Below, piece by piece: positions 46,719 through 61,250 of a DNA stretch of 64,000 bases (positions within the stretch are counted from its first letter, which is position 1; every line of letters begins with the position of its first letter). The notes under the pieces are model-generated. The model was not told the origin of the DNA. It saw only the letters and a program-made list of their open reading frames with translations, and ran no database searches. Made by a program: the position numbers and the translations under genes. This stretch comes from Tubulanus polymorphus (taxonomy: Eukaryota; Animalia; Nemertea): the NCBI RefSeq assembly GCF_964204645.1, contig NC_134030.1, forward strand, positions 1,161,355-1,225,354, written 5' to 3'.

Positions 46719-49700
46719 GTGCCTTGAACGCATGAGTCGTTCATGCGCGCCTAATATGCCTTCACTGAAAGAAAATCAACTATAACATGTACCACATATT
46801 TTTTGATTTAATTTTAGTCCAATTCCACAATTATTTCGGCTTACAATAGTGTCTTCAATTCTTTAAAGCCCAAAGCACCTTTTTGACTCAACATCCAGTA
46901 TGAAGGTGGCCGGGAATCGGGCCTGTTTTCTTCCATTTTTGTATCCCGCCCAGCATACTGGTTGTTGACTCGAAAAGGTGCTCGCTCTGGGAGCTTATCA
47001 AAGGCAGGTGATGGGAAAGGTGCCATCACACACTCTCCTTTGATAAGTTTCCTAGAGTGTCACGGGCTTTAACGGGTTGAATTCACTATAATACCAATTT
47101 TCCAAAATCAATTTAATTTCTTTCAGGCCATTCTTTTTCCATGTTTTTCTGGTACATGTTATGGTTGATTTCCATTTTCGAAAATCCGGAATTGAAGCCG
47201 TTCGAAGTCGGGGGGATGGTGGTGGGGTTGGGTTAGTTTAGGGTTCCTCTCTGATTACCTTCTTTAGCTCATCATCCGTGCAGGTGGCGCTTGCTCTTCT
47301 AGCCGGTGTTCCCTGGGGTAAACATTTTAAATTTAAAAAATCAAAAATAAAAAAAAAATTATAAAATCTTTAAAAATCTCATCTCATTTCATCCAATTTA
47401 TTTATTTGCGGGTGCGATGCCTATCGCACCCATTCATGTCATCCATCAAAAAAAAAATTAAAACTAAAAACGAAAAAAAATATAAAAATTTAAAAAATCT
47501 CATCTCATTTCATCCAATTTATTTGCGGGTGCGATTCCTATCGCACCCATTCATGTCATTCATCCAAAAAAAATAAAAAACTAAAAACGAAAAAAAAATA
47601 TAAAAATTAAAAAAATCTCATCTCATTTCATCCAATTTATTTATTTGCGGGTGCGATTCCTATCGCACCCATTCATGTCATTCATCCAAAAAAAAATAAA
47701 AAACGAAAAACGAAAAAAAATATTAAAATTAAAAAATCTCATCTCATTTCATCCAATTTATTTATTTGCGGGTGCGATCCCTATCGCACCCATTCATGTC
47801 ATTCATAAAAAAAAAATTAAAGGTAAAAACGAAAAAAAATATAAAAATTTAAAAAATCTCATCTCATTTCATCCAATTTATTTATTTGCGGGTGCGATTC
47901 CTATCGCACCCATTCATGTCATTCATCCAAAAAAAATTTAAAAACTAGAAATAAAAGTTCTAAGTTTGTTGTTAGATTCTATTGAAAGAACGTTGTAAAG
48001 TTCTTAATTTGTCGTAAAAAACGTTAGAAAAAAAGAACTTCTTAAAGTTCTCAATCTGCCGTAAAATGCAATTGAAAAGATTATAACTCACATGAAAATT
48101 AAAAAGATAAAATAATTGATAAATAATCATTAATAAAAATTGAACTTTGGTCTCGCAATGTTTCCCCGTTATGCATTTTTTACTCGTCGTCAAACATCGG
48201 CAGCTCATTGTCGATACTCGCAGCTAGATACACACCAGCAGCTTGTCGTCGATTCACACCAGCAGCTCGATACACACCAGCAGCTTGTCGTCGATACTCA
48301 CCAGCAGCTCGATTCACACCAGCAGTTCGTCGTTGATACACACCAGCAGTTCGTCGTCGATACACACCAGCAGTTCGTCGTCGATACACACCAGCAGTTC
48401 GTCGTCGATACACACCAGCAGTTCGTCATCTATACACACCAGCAGTTTGTCGTCGATACACACCAGCAGTTCGTCGTCGATACACACCAGCAGTTGGATT
48501 CACACCAGCAGCTCGATACTCAGCAGCAGTTTGATACACACCAGCAGCTCGTCGATACACACCAGCAGCTCGATACACACCAGCAGCTCGTCGTCGATAC
48601 ACACCAGCAGCTTGATACCAAAACAGCTTTTAGCTGGTGAAAACCTACCCCCCATCGGGGTTAAACATGATCAAGCTATTATTCTAGGAATATAACTGTT
48701 GCAAGGGAAGTTAAGATTCATTATATCCTAAACTTGATACAAAGAGATTATTGCTAATTATGAATTTCAAGGGTTTAAAAACTGATTTAAAAATCTTGAA
48801 AGACGCTCGGTCTCAATAGAGATTTTCATCTTAAAGATTTATTGTCCTCTTACTATTGTTTAGGTGATCTATAATTTGGTAAATGCTGCTGTTGGAAAGA
48901 TGCCAGAAGAAAGTTGATTCGTGCACATCTTCACTTCACGTATTTATTGCACAAGGCGCCGACTTGCACCTGCACTACACCATTCACACTTCACCACTTC
49001 TGCATCTTTATCAATTAATTCTGGCATCTATTTGAAAATTACTTTAAACATCAGATCTCAAACTGAAACATTGAGGTATTGAATTTCAAACTGAAATATC
49101 GAGGTATCGAATCTCGATCTCAAATGTTTACTGGAAGCCATATTTGATGTTGTATTATTCATCATAGATTGTTTAGTGTTTTCTGGCATATGCGGGCCAT
49201 TTAAGATGGTCAGATAAATTCCCCGGTGGAAAATATATCTCGTGGAAGAGTCATGGAAATGAAAAATATCTTATGTAGATGTGAAGTTAGGAACCTTGCA
49301 ACAGTTATTCCACCTGAGGATAATTTGATATAAGATGAATCAGTTATTGGATCATTTAACTGAAGCCAAATATAGTGAAAAATCTTAGTAAAAATTTGTC
49401 TCAAACTACAATTGAAAGGACTTATCACAGTTCTAATTCGACTCTAGGTGCGTTCAGAAGAACTTCTTAACAGTGAAAAAACTTGACTAAAAATCAGGAA
49501 TCGACCCTGTTCATTGATAAGATTTGATCTTTATTTGAAGATTAAGAATCAAACTCGCTAATTCACAATTTTTGGTAGTAAATACTGTTGATCCATCATA
49601 TTCGCAGCCCCCCGTGGGCTTACCAATCCATCATACGTGCAGCCACTTTGCGCTTACCAGTCTATCATACTCGCAGCCCCAGTGGGCTTATCAATCCATC

Positions 49701-49912
49701 ATACGCGCAGCCCCCTTGGGCTTATCAATGAGAAACATTCAGACATAGTAACCGTTTTACTCGTGCTTTTCAACGACACCGTCTTATCACTCTGTAGAAC
49801 GGCGATCGCAGCGTGAAATTTGTAATCGTATTTCTCCGCTGAATTTGAATATTTGATACGCGACGCGCGTGATTGAAGCTTTGTTTATGTTCGTGCTTGC
49901 CGCGATGAATTG

Positions 49913-50197
49913 TCATAAATATATCCTCCGTACAGGAGGACCATGAAAAGGTTTGAAGGGATCCCTAGTTAGCGCTTGTCCAGGTTTAGCTCTGGACCCG
50001 CTTGTTCGACTAGGCATCTTGTTGGAAATTTTGTCGACTGAAACTTCCGTTACTTTCGTTTTAGACCTCGCTGCTCGAAGAGCCGTTGCTGCGTCGGTTA
50101 CTGTCATGCTTCGGCACAATTTTGAACGATTGTTGGAAACCGCCTTGTTCTTCTGCTGCAGATGTTGACTGTGTCGTACCCACAGTAAAGTAGCCAT
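49913..50197 (-). CDS. Gene B copy 2 (identical 94-aa product)
   Basis: See copy 1. Confidence 0.5.
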   Translation of the reverse strand: MATLLWVRHSQHLQQKNKAVSNNRSKLCRSMTVTDAATALRAARSKTKVTEVSVDKISNKMPSRTSGSRAKPGQALTRDPFKPFHGPPVRRIYL

Positions 50198-53100
50198 CTT
50201 AAATTCAAATAGTTTCGGACATTTGAGGTCCTCATCAACTCCGAGTCTTCATTCAACTGCAGTTACTGCCATTTGCCAGTGTCTGATGTAGAAGTTCTGA
50301 CTTGACATTTTGATTTTCAGAATTAAAACCTTTTTTCTATTAAAGAAATTAGATATTGGTTAAAAAACAAGTGAATAATTGTTTGTAAGAAAAAAGAAAA
50401 TCATGTTAGAAAAAAATATAGATGTAAAAAAATATTGATGTAAGAAAAAAAAAGTATATTGTAAATCGACGAGACGACAGAACCAGCATCAGCAACAACA
50501 ACATCAGAGGAAGCAGTAACCAGTTATTTATCAGCTCCATAAATTACTGAAACGAAATCCACAACTCGGAAACCAACCACACTCAACTCTAGAATTGTTC
50601 ATACAACTGTCAACATGGAGTTCATCTCACAAGCAAATTAGGTAATTATCTTATGAAATTGTATGAATTGCCAATTTAACATTTTTGCATTTCAAGTAGG
50701 TGTAATTGAATGTTTGTCAACCTTACTCTTATAAAACTGTGTTAACCGTTGAACAGGATTCTAAGACTGTGCAGAAAACCCGTTATCGCTGCTTTGCAGC
50801 TATAATTATCTGATAAATTAGTATGGAATGCCAATTTTACATTTTTGCATTTAAGTTTAAGTGAGTTTAAAATCACGTTTCATTTGTTGTTTATTTTGTC
50901 TTTTCAGTTTTCAATTTGCCGAGATCAGTCGTCAAAAACTGTTACAACGGAAACTAAGATAACAAAGACTTGATTTGGCAAAGATTGAAGAAATCCTGCG
51001 AAAAGATTATTCATGAATTGTTCATACAACTGTCAACACGGAGTTCATCTCACAAGCAAATTAGGTAATTATCTTATGATTTTGTATGAAATGCTAATTT
51101 TTACTCGTTAATTTTTTACAAATAAGTTGACTTTGAAATCTTTATTAATTTCTTGTTTATTTTGTTTTTTCAGTTTTCAATTTGCCGAGATCAGTCATCA
51201 AAAACTGTTACAACGGAAACTAAGATAACAAAGACTTGATTTGGCAAAGATTGAAGAAATCCTGCGAAAAGCTTATTCAAGAATTGTTCATACAACTGTC
51301 AACATGGAGTTCATCTCACAAGCAAATTAGGTAGTTATCTTATGATTTTGTATGAAATGTTAATTTTTACTCGTTAATTTTTTACAAATAAGTTGACTTT
51401 GAAATCTTTATTAATTTCTTGTTTATTTTGTTTTTTCAGTTTTCAATTTGCCGAGATCAGTCATCAAAAACTGTTACAACGGAAACTAAGATAACAAAGA
51501 CTTGATTTGGCAAAGATTGAAGAAATCCTGCGAAGAGATTATTCAAGAATTGTTCATACAACTGTCAACATGGAGTTCATCTCACAAACAAATTAGGTAA
51601 TTATCTTATGGTTTTGTATGAAATGCTAATTTTACATTTTTGCATTTAAGTTTAAATGAGTTTAAAATCACGCTTCATTTGCTGTTTATTTTGTCTTTTC
51701 AGTTTTCAATTTGCCGAGATCAATCGTCAGAAAACTGTTTCAACGGAAACTAAGATAACAAAGACTTGATTTGGCAAAGATTGAAGAAATCCTGAGAAGA
51801 GATTATTCATGAATTGTTCATACAACTGTCAACATGGAGTTCATCTCACAAGCAAATTAGGTAATTATCTTATGATTTTGTATGAAATGCTAAATTTTAC
51901 TCGTTATTTTTTTACTAATAAGTTGACTTTGAAATCTTTATTTATTTCTTGTTTATTTTGTCTTTTCAGTTTTGAATTTGCCGAGATTCACATGTAGCAG
52001 ATATAATGGAATTAAGTATTGAGAACCGCAACTTAACAATAAACCGGATCAACTTAATATAGTGCTGAGGACCAAAAATAAAGGATAAACCCGACCAGTG
52101 TAATTCAGTGTCGAGAACCGCAGTTAAACGATGAACCCGACCAGTGTAATTCAGTGTCGAGAACCGCAGTTAAACGATGAACCCGACCAGTGTAATTCAG
52201 TATTGAGAACCACAATTAAACGATGAACCGGACCAGTGTAATTCAGTGTCCAGAGCCGCAGTTAAACAATGAACCGGACCAGTGTAATTCAGTGTCGAGA
52301 ACCGCAATTAAACGATGAACCGGACCAGTGTAATTAAGTGTCGAGAACCACAATTAAACGATGAACCGGACCAGTGTAATTCAGTGTCGAGAACCGCAAT
52401 TAAACGATGAACCGGACCAGTGTAATTAAGTGTCGAGAACCCCAATTAAACGATGAACCGGACCAGTGTAATTCAGTGTCGAGAACCGCAATTAAACGAT
52501 GAACCCGACCAGTGTAATTAAGTGTCGAGAACCACAATTAAACGATAAACCGGACCAGTGTAATTCAGTGTCGAGAACCGTAATTAAACGATGAACCGGA
52601 CCAGTGTAATTCAGTTTCGCAATAACCGCAATAAAACGATAATCTGGAGTTGTAATAGTGTTGTGTATTTGCGTAGTGGATCAAGTGGAAGGATTTTAAG
52701 TGTATTTGGTGACTTTAATTCGTTCGCATCCAACAGAATCAACAAAGACATTACAAAAAACGACAAAAAATGATTGAATATAAATGCATTGAATTTAGGT
52801 TTGATGATCAAGATAATCACTGATCAAGATTGACAGTTATAATCCATAATTGTTGAACTTGATCAGAGATTTTCAAGATCGATTTTAAGGTGATTCAGAA
52901 GTTTAAATCTGATGTTTTAATCTCTGGGACTCAGATATTAAATCAATAGATTTTTACTGCTGAATGATCTTCATGTACAGATGAGCTACAATTGTTCCTA
53001 GTGTGTTCTGTTAAGACTGATTAAAGGGTGGAAAAACTTGACTCAAATTCAAATTGAGTCGAGTTTTTCCAAGATAATCTCTGATCAAGATCGGCAGTTA

Positions 53101-55528
53101 CCGGTATAATCCATAATTGTTGAACTTGATTGGTGATTTTCAAGATCTGTTTTAAGGTGATTCACAAGTTTAAATCTAATGTTTTAATCTCTGGGTTCCA
53201 GATATTAAATCAATAGATTTTTACTGCTGAATGACCTTCGTGTTCAGATAAGCTATTGTTCCTAGTGTGTTCTGTTAAGAAAGGGTGGAAAAACTTGACC
53301 CAAATTCAAATTGAGTCGAGTTTTTCCAAGATAATCTCTGATCAAGATCGGCAGTTATAATCCATAATTGTTGAACTTGATTGGAGATTTTCGAGAACTG
53401 TTTTTAAGGTGATTCAGAAGTGTGAATCTGATGTTTTAATCTCTGGGTTTCAGAGATTAAATCAATAGGTTTTAACTTCTGAATCACTTCGGGTTTAGGT
53501 AAGTTAAAGTGTTTCCTATTGTAATCTGTTAAACTGATTAAAGGGTGGAAAAAATTGATTCAAATTAATAATCTGAATCAAGTTTTCCAATGATAATCCG
53601 CGATCAAGTTCGGCAGTTATAATTCATAACTGTTGAACTCAATTCACAATTAAATGAACTGTTTTAAGGTGATTCAGAAGTATAAATCTGATGTTTTAAT
53701 CTCTGGGTTTCAGAGATTAAATCAATAGGCTTTACTTCTGAATGACTGTTAGGTTTTGATAAGTTGTAAGTTGTTCCTATTGTTTAATGAATTGGTAGAA
53801 ATTCTATTTTTAGGTGACAGGTCAAATAGATTAGAACAGTAATTTATGCAGAGGTTGAATTAATTTAATGTTTGATATACCAAAGAATGGTTTATTGTGA
53901 AGATTTAATTAAAATCTTAAATAAAGAGTTGTTCAATTTCATAAATGTTTTGTTTTCGATGAAGTTTTTTCATTTTCTGGATTTGAGGAATTTGACTTTA
54001 AACACATCGGTGGATTCAGCACAGTTCTGTGGACACAGTTTTGGGACCGAGACCTGGAGACACAGCTCAAGACCCAGTTACAAGTTCAACTGGACTCCAT
54101 CCCAAAAAACCCTGGGCCCTTCAAACCTTTAAGTAAGATGCTCACTTACAGATTCATAAAATTGACCCTTATTATCTTGTCATCTGCAGAACCATCTCAG
54201 AGGCTTAAACCAAGAATTTCTTGTAATGTTCAACAAATGTGAATTACATTAAGTAATTTTTGAGATCGACTTATTACCACCAGTATTGAGTTTTTTCTAA
54301 ATCACAGTCTACTTATTTTATATTCATCCACGATTTCATAGCTCTTTAACTATTCAACCCTTTCCCTGATGGGCCCTGGCCCCAATTGCTGAACCCAGTT
54401 CTCCAAGTCTAACTTCTGGGTTTAATGGTTTATCAGAGAATTAATGGATTAATTGGAAATAATCTAACAATCAATAAAGTTTAAAATTAATTATTTGACA
54501 TATCGTAATTGATTTTGTTCGCCACAACGCCTTTCTCATCAGGATTATAGCATTTTACTTTCTATGGGTTTTTAAAGGTAAGTTTTCAAAGGAAAGACAG
54601 AATGTCCGAATATACGTCCGGATCCGCCTTTATATGCCTCATTCCGATTCTGCTCATTTGCATATATTTTCAGCAAGTGGAAATTCCCCGAATTCCAAGA
54701 TGGCGGCGACCATGATATATTAAATAACAACTATTTTGGGCCAAATCAACGCTTTCTCAAGCTCAATATGAGATTTCCCGAGCGCAAATGTAACTTAAAA
54801 AGAAAATAATCCTGTTGGTTAGTTATATTTTTGATAATTAAATTTATTTGCAAAGTTAAAGTGAAGTTCCAATGACAGATAGAAACGTTGAAAGACTGGG
54901 GTAGATTGAAACATGCCCTAGCCACTGGCCACTATGAACAGTCCTAAACGTTTTGATCCAACTGCACCAGTTGAGGTTACTAACTGTGTGGCCCTTATTT
55001 AACAATAGTGTGTACATATAAACACAAGGGCCCCCAAACTGCAGTTGCTCTGTTGGTTTTAAATCTGTATATAGTCATAGTCATTTTTGATCTTATCATC
55101 TGTTCTCCACCTTTTTGAGTGTGAGAGTTTTATAAACTGTTGTGAAGATTGAGGAAGTCGATAGAAAGAGATGAAAATTGTTTAAGTTGTTATCATGAAA
55201 ATGACTGAGCTTACTATGTACGGTACATACGACCCAGAGGGACATGGCTTATTATGAGAAACATTGAGGTTTTCATGAAAGTTCATGAATTTTGCATGAA
55301 AGTACAATGTTGGAAAATATATCCCCTATGTCACACTCCCTGATTCTTTTTCATTGCCCTCATTTCTCTGAAAGGCCCTTCAACTGAATCAGTCTCCAGT
55401 CGAAAAGGTTCCTCTTATAAGTTCAATTGTCTATAACTGATGATGTGATGTGAAGGGTCTACAATTGAACAAATACCGCATTGAAATCAAATCTTCTCTA
55501 TTTCAGGCATTACTTCTGGCATAAAACA

Positions 55529-55689
55529 CTATTCAAGCAATGTAGGAGCATTTATAGGCGCAGCAGGAAGGAGGAGTTCAGGAGCAGCATCATATAGGAG
55601 TTGCACAGGAGCAGCATCATATGAGTAGTGCAGGAGCAGTGAGAGCTTCATAGGAGCAGCAAGACCAGCATCATAGATAGGAACAGTAG
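55529..55689 (-). CDS. Possible terminal coding exon with YDAAP repeats
   Basis: Strong acceptor ttgtttcatttcttcag followed by TVPIYDAGLAAP...YDAAPVQLLYDAAPELLLPAAPINAPTLLE*; no linked exons identified. Confidence 0.25.
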
Positions 55690-55781
55690 CTGAAGAAATG
55701 AAACAAGATAAGTAGCATTTGAAATATAGAAAATAGAAAAGCTGTAGAATGTTTTCTATTGTAAAAATATATTTTCAAATT

Positions 55782-58700
55782 CAGTCTGATTTGTGCCAGA
55801 TTGTAACTGTAGAAGTTTCACTCATTGTTTCAGTCTAATAGAGTTATAACTGATGTACATGTAACATTGACTGTGTAACACTGCAGTCATTTCTTCAATT
55901 ATTCCTCCTCAGTTGGAAGAATGTTTGTTCTCTCATCTTCATTAGCGATAAGAATCAATCCCATCCGTCTACCAACAACATCGTCAAATTTCCACTTATC
56001 TAATCCTAGAGGGAATGAGTAGTATGAGGTTTGGGTATGGAGTGGGGCAGGGTATGGTGTAGTTGACAGTTAGGGTAGGATAGGGTAATGTGATGAGGTA
56101 AGGTCGGTTTGATGATGCAGGGTTATTTGATGTGGTTGGATTCGATGATGAGTTTGATATGGAACTGGTCGAGGTGGGTGTATGTGGTAGTGTACGGTGT
56201 GTATGTTCGGAGGGTGTATGATAACTGATTGAAAGGTTGCTGTTAGAGGTCAGTGCAGTAGTGATGCTGGTATAGTTTGTGTAAGGTAGGCGTCGGTGTA
56301 CCGGGTTAAGTATAGGGTAAGGCATGGTCAGAGTAATGTTACCGTAGAGGAAAAGTTATGTGGGGAAGGGTGTTTTTGTTTTCAGCCCACTTGAGACTTA
56401 AGTCTCAGCGGGCCGTTGCATTTTCTTTTCATCCGTTGTCCGTTTGTGTATCCGCAGACGGAATACAGTTATTTTTGGAGGTTTTTAAGTTTTCCAACGC
56501 CACTGCACATGTTCTCCAGGGGGTGTTGAGTATAGAATTTTCAGATTGTCAGGAATTTCACCAAGTGTGCATTGGTGTCCCTGGACTCCCCAATTTTGAA
56601 ATTAGGGTGAATTCTGTAGAATTCTAATGATTGGTTAAATGGGCATCACTCTTTATTGGAATTCTGTGCTTAAAATATTGAATACGAAAGTAAGAACAGA
56701 CGTCGAAGCTGTCACTGTGGACAGTGAATCTATTTCTGATTTGTCTGGATGTGATGGCGCAGGTGGTGGCCATAACTTCGAGGTCACCTCTTAATCATTA
56801 CATGTCCTTAGATGGATAGGACACAAGGGTAAATGAAAACATTCTTTAGGTTACTGCCAGGTTTTAGGGTATCGTACCAAGCCTTACCTTCCCGACCTCC
56901 TTCCCGCGCTAGCTATTCCAAAATCTCTATATGAGATACATCGAGAACGATGCTATTGAAGATTGAATTCATCGATTCATTTTGGAATTGAAACTTGTTT
57001 CATGGAACAAATGGTGCTGCAAATAAACAATATCATCAAACAATGATTCTGATTGACTATAGTGAACTGCTGCCCTACTACTGGTTTTAAAAGCAATTAT
57101 TGAGATAGATTCCAATCCAGTTCAATTACTATATTTCCCATATAGACACTTACTGCCGGTTGGTACTGGTACATAGCCAGGAGAGACAGCCATAAGAAAA
57201 AGAAAGAATATGAAGAACATGAAGAGTGGGGGGTTTAGTCCACTGTCTGCCTAGCGGGTAGGCAGTGGTCTATTCCTACCTCGACTCAAAAAAAGAAAAA
57301 AGATATGAAGAGTGGGGTCCGAGAGCAATTCGAAGGTTAAGTCCCCTGTCCGCCTAGCGGGTAGGTAGTGGTCTATACCTACCTCGACTCAAGAAAAAAA
57401 GGTGAGCTTAAAGCCACCAAGCACAAAAGTGGGGTCCGAAGGGTAGTCCTCTGCTGGCTTAGAGGGCAGGCATTGGTCTATTCTTACCTCACGTGCTTAA
57501 AAATGTTCACAAAAATGGCTATTAAGAGAGAGAGTGAGAGAGAGGAGGTGCTAAGTTTCCTGTACTTGACTGGGTGTAAAGTGATCAATAATGGAAATCA
57601 TTTACGGTAAACCTTGAGTTTACTAACAATGTATTTTGGGTTCAGAGTCTATTTCTCAACAGTTTGCTGTTAACAAGCTGGTAGTAGGGTAAAAACTACC
57701 GGTATTCAGAGATTTGTGAATCAGAAGTTTTGCCGTCATTTGCTTCATGAATCATTCACTTGTTAAAATGAATGATGTGACACACATGTAAAATACTGTT
57801 ACTGATTTGTCATTGTTTTGATGGTGTCTTAATGTTCAATATCTTGCAGGTATCATCTCCTTGCATTTCACATAGAATTGAGGAGTAGTTTGAGTGGATG
57901 GGAGGCATGGAGAGATTTGGCTCAAGATATCTCACTCGTTCGTTTAGGTTTAGTTTGAGATCATCTAATCAGCTTAAGTGTATACATCCTCGACTACTTT
58001 TCAACTAGTAGTTCATCGTAGGTTTTAGACGTCACATCCATAGCTCCTTCCACTACTCGTGAATTTACAATTCATTCCTATCCGATGATGCTATTTATGA
58101 TGGAATGTGTTAAAGTAGATGTCTGTGTGTTTTCATCTTTTGGTAAATCGTGAAAAAATCTGGCTAATTTGAATCGAAAGCCATTGATTATTATCTTGCG
58201 CGGTAATGATGGAAAAATTCAAAATGCGAATAGCTGTGTGGAATAAGAGAATGTCTTGAAAGGATTTGAGACATTGAGATGTGTAAAGAGAGACTGATTA
58301 CACCTGTACTGTCCTAGCCCCTCCCCAGGCAGTCACCACCTCACCCTAACCAATTCTACCAAATCACCCTCACCTCAACAACATCAAAATCCCTTTCACT
58401 TCTCCTCTACCATTATTTTTACCATGCCAGCTACCTTATTCCTAACCCTGCAAACCATACTCTACTCTACACAAACCATACCAACATCACAACTGTACCG
58501 TCCTCCAGCACCAACCTTTCTTCATTGTCAGACACCTCTCTAACTATACATCGTACACTACCACATACACCCACCTCGACCGGTTCTATAACAAGCTGAT
58601 CATCTAATCCAGCCATATCAAACAACCCTGCATCATCCAACCTGACCTTACCTTACCACAATACCCTATCCTCCCCTAACATGTCAATCACACCATTCCC

Positions 58701-58970
58701 TTTTCCATTCCATCCCCAAGCGCCATACTACTCATTCCCTCTATGATTGAATAAGATAGAAATGTTACAATGTTGTAGTTAGACGGATGGGATTGATTTT
58801 CTTTGCTAATGAAGATGAGAGAACAAACATTCTTCTAACTGAGGAGGAATAAGTGAACAAACTACAGCGGTGTTACACATTCAATGTTACATGTACATCA
58901 GTCACATCTCAATTAGACTGAAACAATGAGTGAAACTTCTACAGTTACAATCTGACACAAATCAGACTGT
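55782..58970. repeat. Diverged inverted duplication: arms ~55782-56340 and ~58400-58970
   Basis: For example cagtctgatttgtgccagattgtaactgtagaagtttcactcattgtttcagtctaat matches the reverse complement at ~58912-58968. The inner part encodes an S/T/P-rich ORF (55996-56325, minus strand) that is disrupted in the right arm. Confidence 0.85.
57222..57495. repeat. Three diverged ~85-105-bp hairpin-containing units separated by A-rich tracts
   Basis: gagtgggg...cactgtctgcc-tagcg-ggtaggcagtg-gtctattcctacctcgactc-A(n). Confidence 0.7.
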
Positions 58971-59231
58971 GTCAGAAAACATTTTTACATTAGCTCCACG
59001 TGCTGAGTGGATGATAAACATCATGAGACTCATCAAATTTTGAGAAATTAGTTTAATTGAAAAATTAATTTAAGCAATGTCTGTTTTTGCATTTCAGAGG
59101 TTGATGTTACCTGAACATGCAGTTCTGAGCTGACTCCAGATCAGGTGAGCATATTTGCAGTGAAATTGGATAAAATCATGACATTTTCCAAGAGCTCTTA
59201 TTAGTGGAATTTTATCTCTATAGCCCTTGAT

Positions 59232-59490
59232 CCAAGTGCTGCCCAGTGAGACACTGTCTGGTGAACTCAACATCCAAGTGCTACAGAATCTACCCCCAGT
59301 GAGACACTGTCTGGTGAACTCAACATCCAAGTGCTGCAGAATCTACCTCCAGTGAGACACTGTCTGGTGAACTCAACATCCAAGTGCTACAGAATCTACC
59401 CCCAGTGAGACACTGTCTGGTGAACTCAACATCCAAGTGCTGCAGAATCTACCCCCAGTGAGACACTGTCTGGTGAACTCAACATCCAAG
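59232..59490 (+). repeat. 53-bp tandem repeat (~4.7 units)
   Basis: Unit ccaagtgctacagaatctacccccagtgagacactgtctggtgaactcaacat. Confidence 0.93.
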
Positions 59491-61250
59491 GAGATGATCT
59501 GTTAATTACACTCATGGTTGTGCTGGCTACTGATATGGGAGGTATGTATCGTATCTGGAGCCAATTTCACTTTGATTCCAACAACTAATTTCTTATGATT
59601 CTCCATTTCATTTTCCATTAGAAGGAACTGTGTTATTATGATTTGTCTGAGTGTCCGTTAATGTTAGTTGAACTGTAACTCAGAGAAGTGAACCGTGGAT
59701 GTGACAACTCCACACAGATGTCATGTATGTATCTGGACAATTTTCATTATCAATGTCTTTCTGTTTTAGTTTTCCGCAGAAGAATCTGATAAATATAATG
59801 TTATGGACTTTGTGTTTTTCTTTTGAGTGTCTATCATCATTAGCTTATTTCATCATTAACAATTTTATTAATTTTTTCCTTCAGTTTAAAGAATCTGTTT
59901 AAGGAGATGATCTGTTAATTACACTCATGGTTGTGCTAGCTACTGATGAGTGGTATGTATCGTATATGGAGCCAATTTCTATTTGATTTCAACAACTAAT
60001 TTCTTATGATTTTATTCAGTTTGTTTTCCTTCAGAAGAAACTTTGTTATTATCAATTGACTGAGCCTCCATCATTATTAGTTAAACTGTAACTGAGAGAC
60101 ATGAACCACGAATATCCTAACTCTTTAGTCAATGTGTATGTATCAGGACAACTTTCTGATTATCGATATCTTACCGTATGATTTTCCTGCAGAAGAATCT
60201 GATGAATATAATGTTATGGACTGAATGTGTTTTTCATTTTAGTGTCCATCATCATTAGTTTAACTATAACTGAAGAGACCTGAACCAGGGATGTTATAAT
60301 TCCAATGTTGATATGTATGTATCACGACAACTTTCGTTATCAATGATTTTCATTTTTCGAAATCTATGAAATACGGTAGATGTGTGATTGAATCTATATT
60401 GTTCTCATTTCAGAGTCTGCTACATACATGTGATACGTGCACAGAGAGACAAATTATATTAATTTTAAACACTTATCCCTTAGTTATCAATGATTTTCCA
60501 TATTGTTTTAATCTGTTAGGAGAACTGAACTCTGGTCCTGAACATGTTTCAACTCTTCTATCAATAAGTGGTTTGTATGGAAACAGAATTTCCTGCAATA
60601 GAATCTGATGAATAGATGTCATGATATTATGTTATTCTCATTTCAGTGTCCATCATTATAAGTTGAACTGTACAGAAACCAATAGCTGAATTGAACTGAT
60701 CTCCGCAGTCAATGGTTGCAGATGGCTACAGATACGAGTGGTATGTGTGTATGGACACATTTTCAACAACTGATTTTGTATTTTATATTCTGTAGAGGAA
60801 TCTTTGAGAGATAGATGTTATAGAATCTGTTATTTTCAGTGTTGATCAATGTTAGTTGAACTGTAATGAGTAGAACCAGTAGTTACTCCACAGTCAATGG
60901 TTTAGTCAGTTACAGACATACATACAAATAGTCAGCAATAATTCTCTCAAGTGCTGTTCTGTTAAGACAATTTGTTGTAAGTAAACCCACAATGTACGTG
61001 ATGTGGTTTGTGTGTATGGAGACAATTTCATTATTTTCATTAATTATTTGTTAGGCAATGACAAATTGTCCATGGGATGACCGATTACCAGTAGATGACC
61101 AGGGAACAGTCTACATGTATGTATCGAGACAATTTTCTGTTGTTTTGAGGAATCTATAAGAGATAAATGTTATAGAATCTGTTATTCTTATTTCAGTGTC
61201 CGTCATCATGAGTTGAAACAAATATCTGATTTGAAGTGAACTCTGCAGTC
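59490..61250 (+). repeat. Old diverged tandem duplications (~200-400 bp) with splice-like signals
   Basis: Recurring gaatctgat...tttcagtgtccatcatcattagttgaactgtaac...gtatgtat. Confidence 0.6.

Larger units (their letters stand above)
31581..54481 (+). repeat. Segmental duplication, copy 2
   Basis: Colinear with 1-24401. Confidence 0.95.

Noticed and set aside
56574-56587. 14-bp match (tggtgtccctggac) to the 47-bp satellite
   Set aside because: Single short match without flanking homology; compatible with chance.
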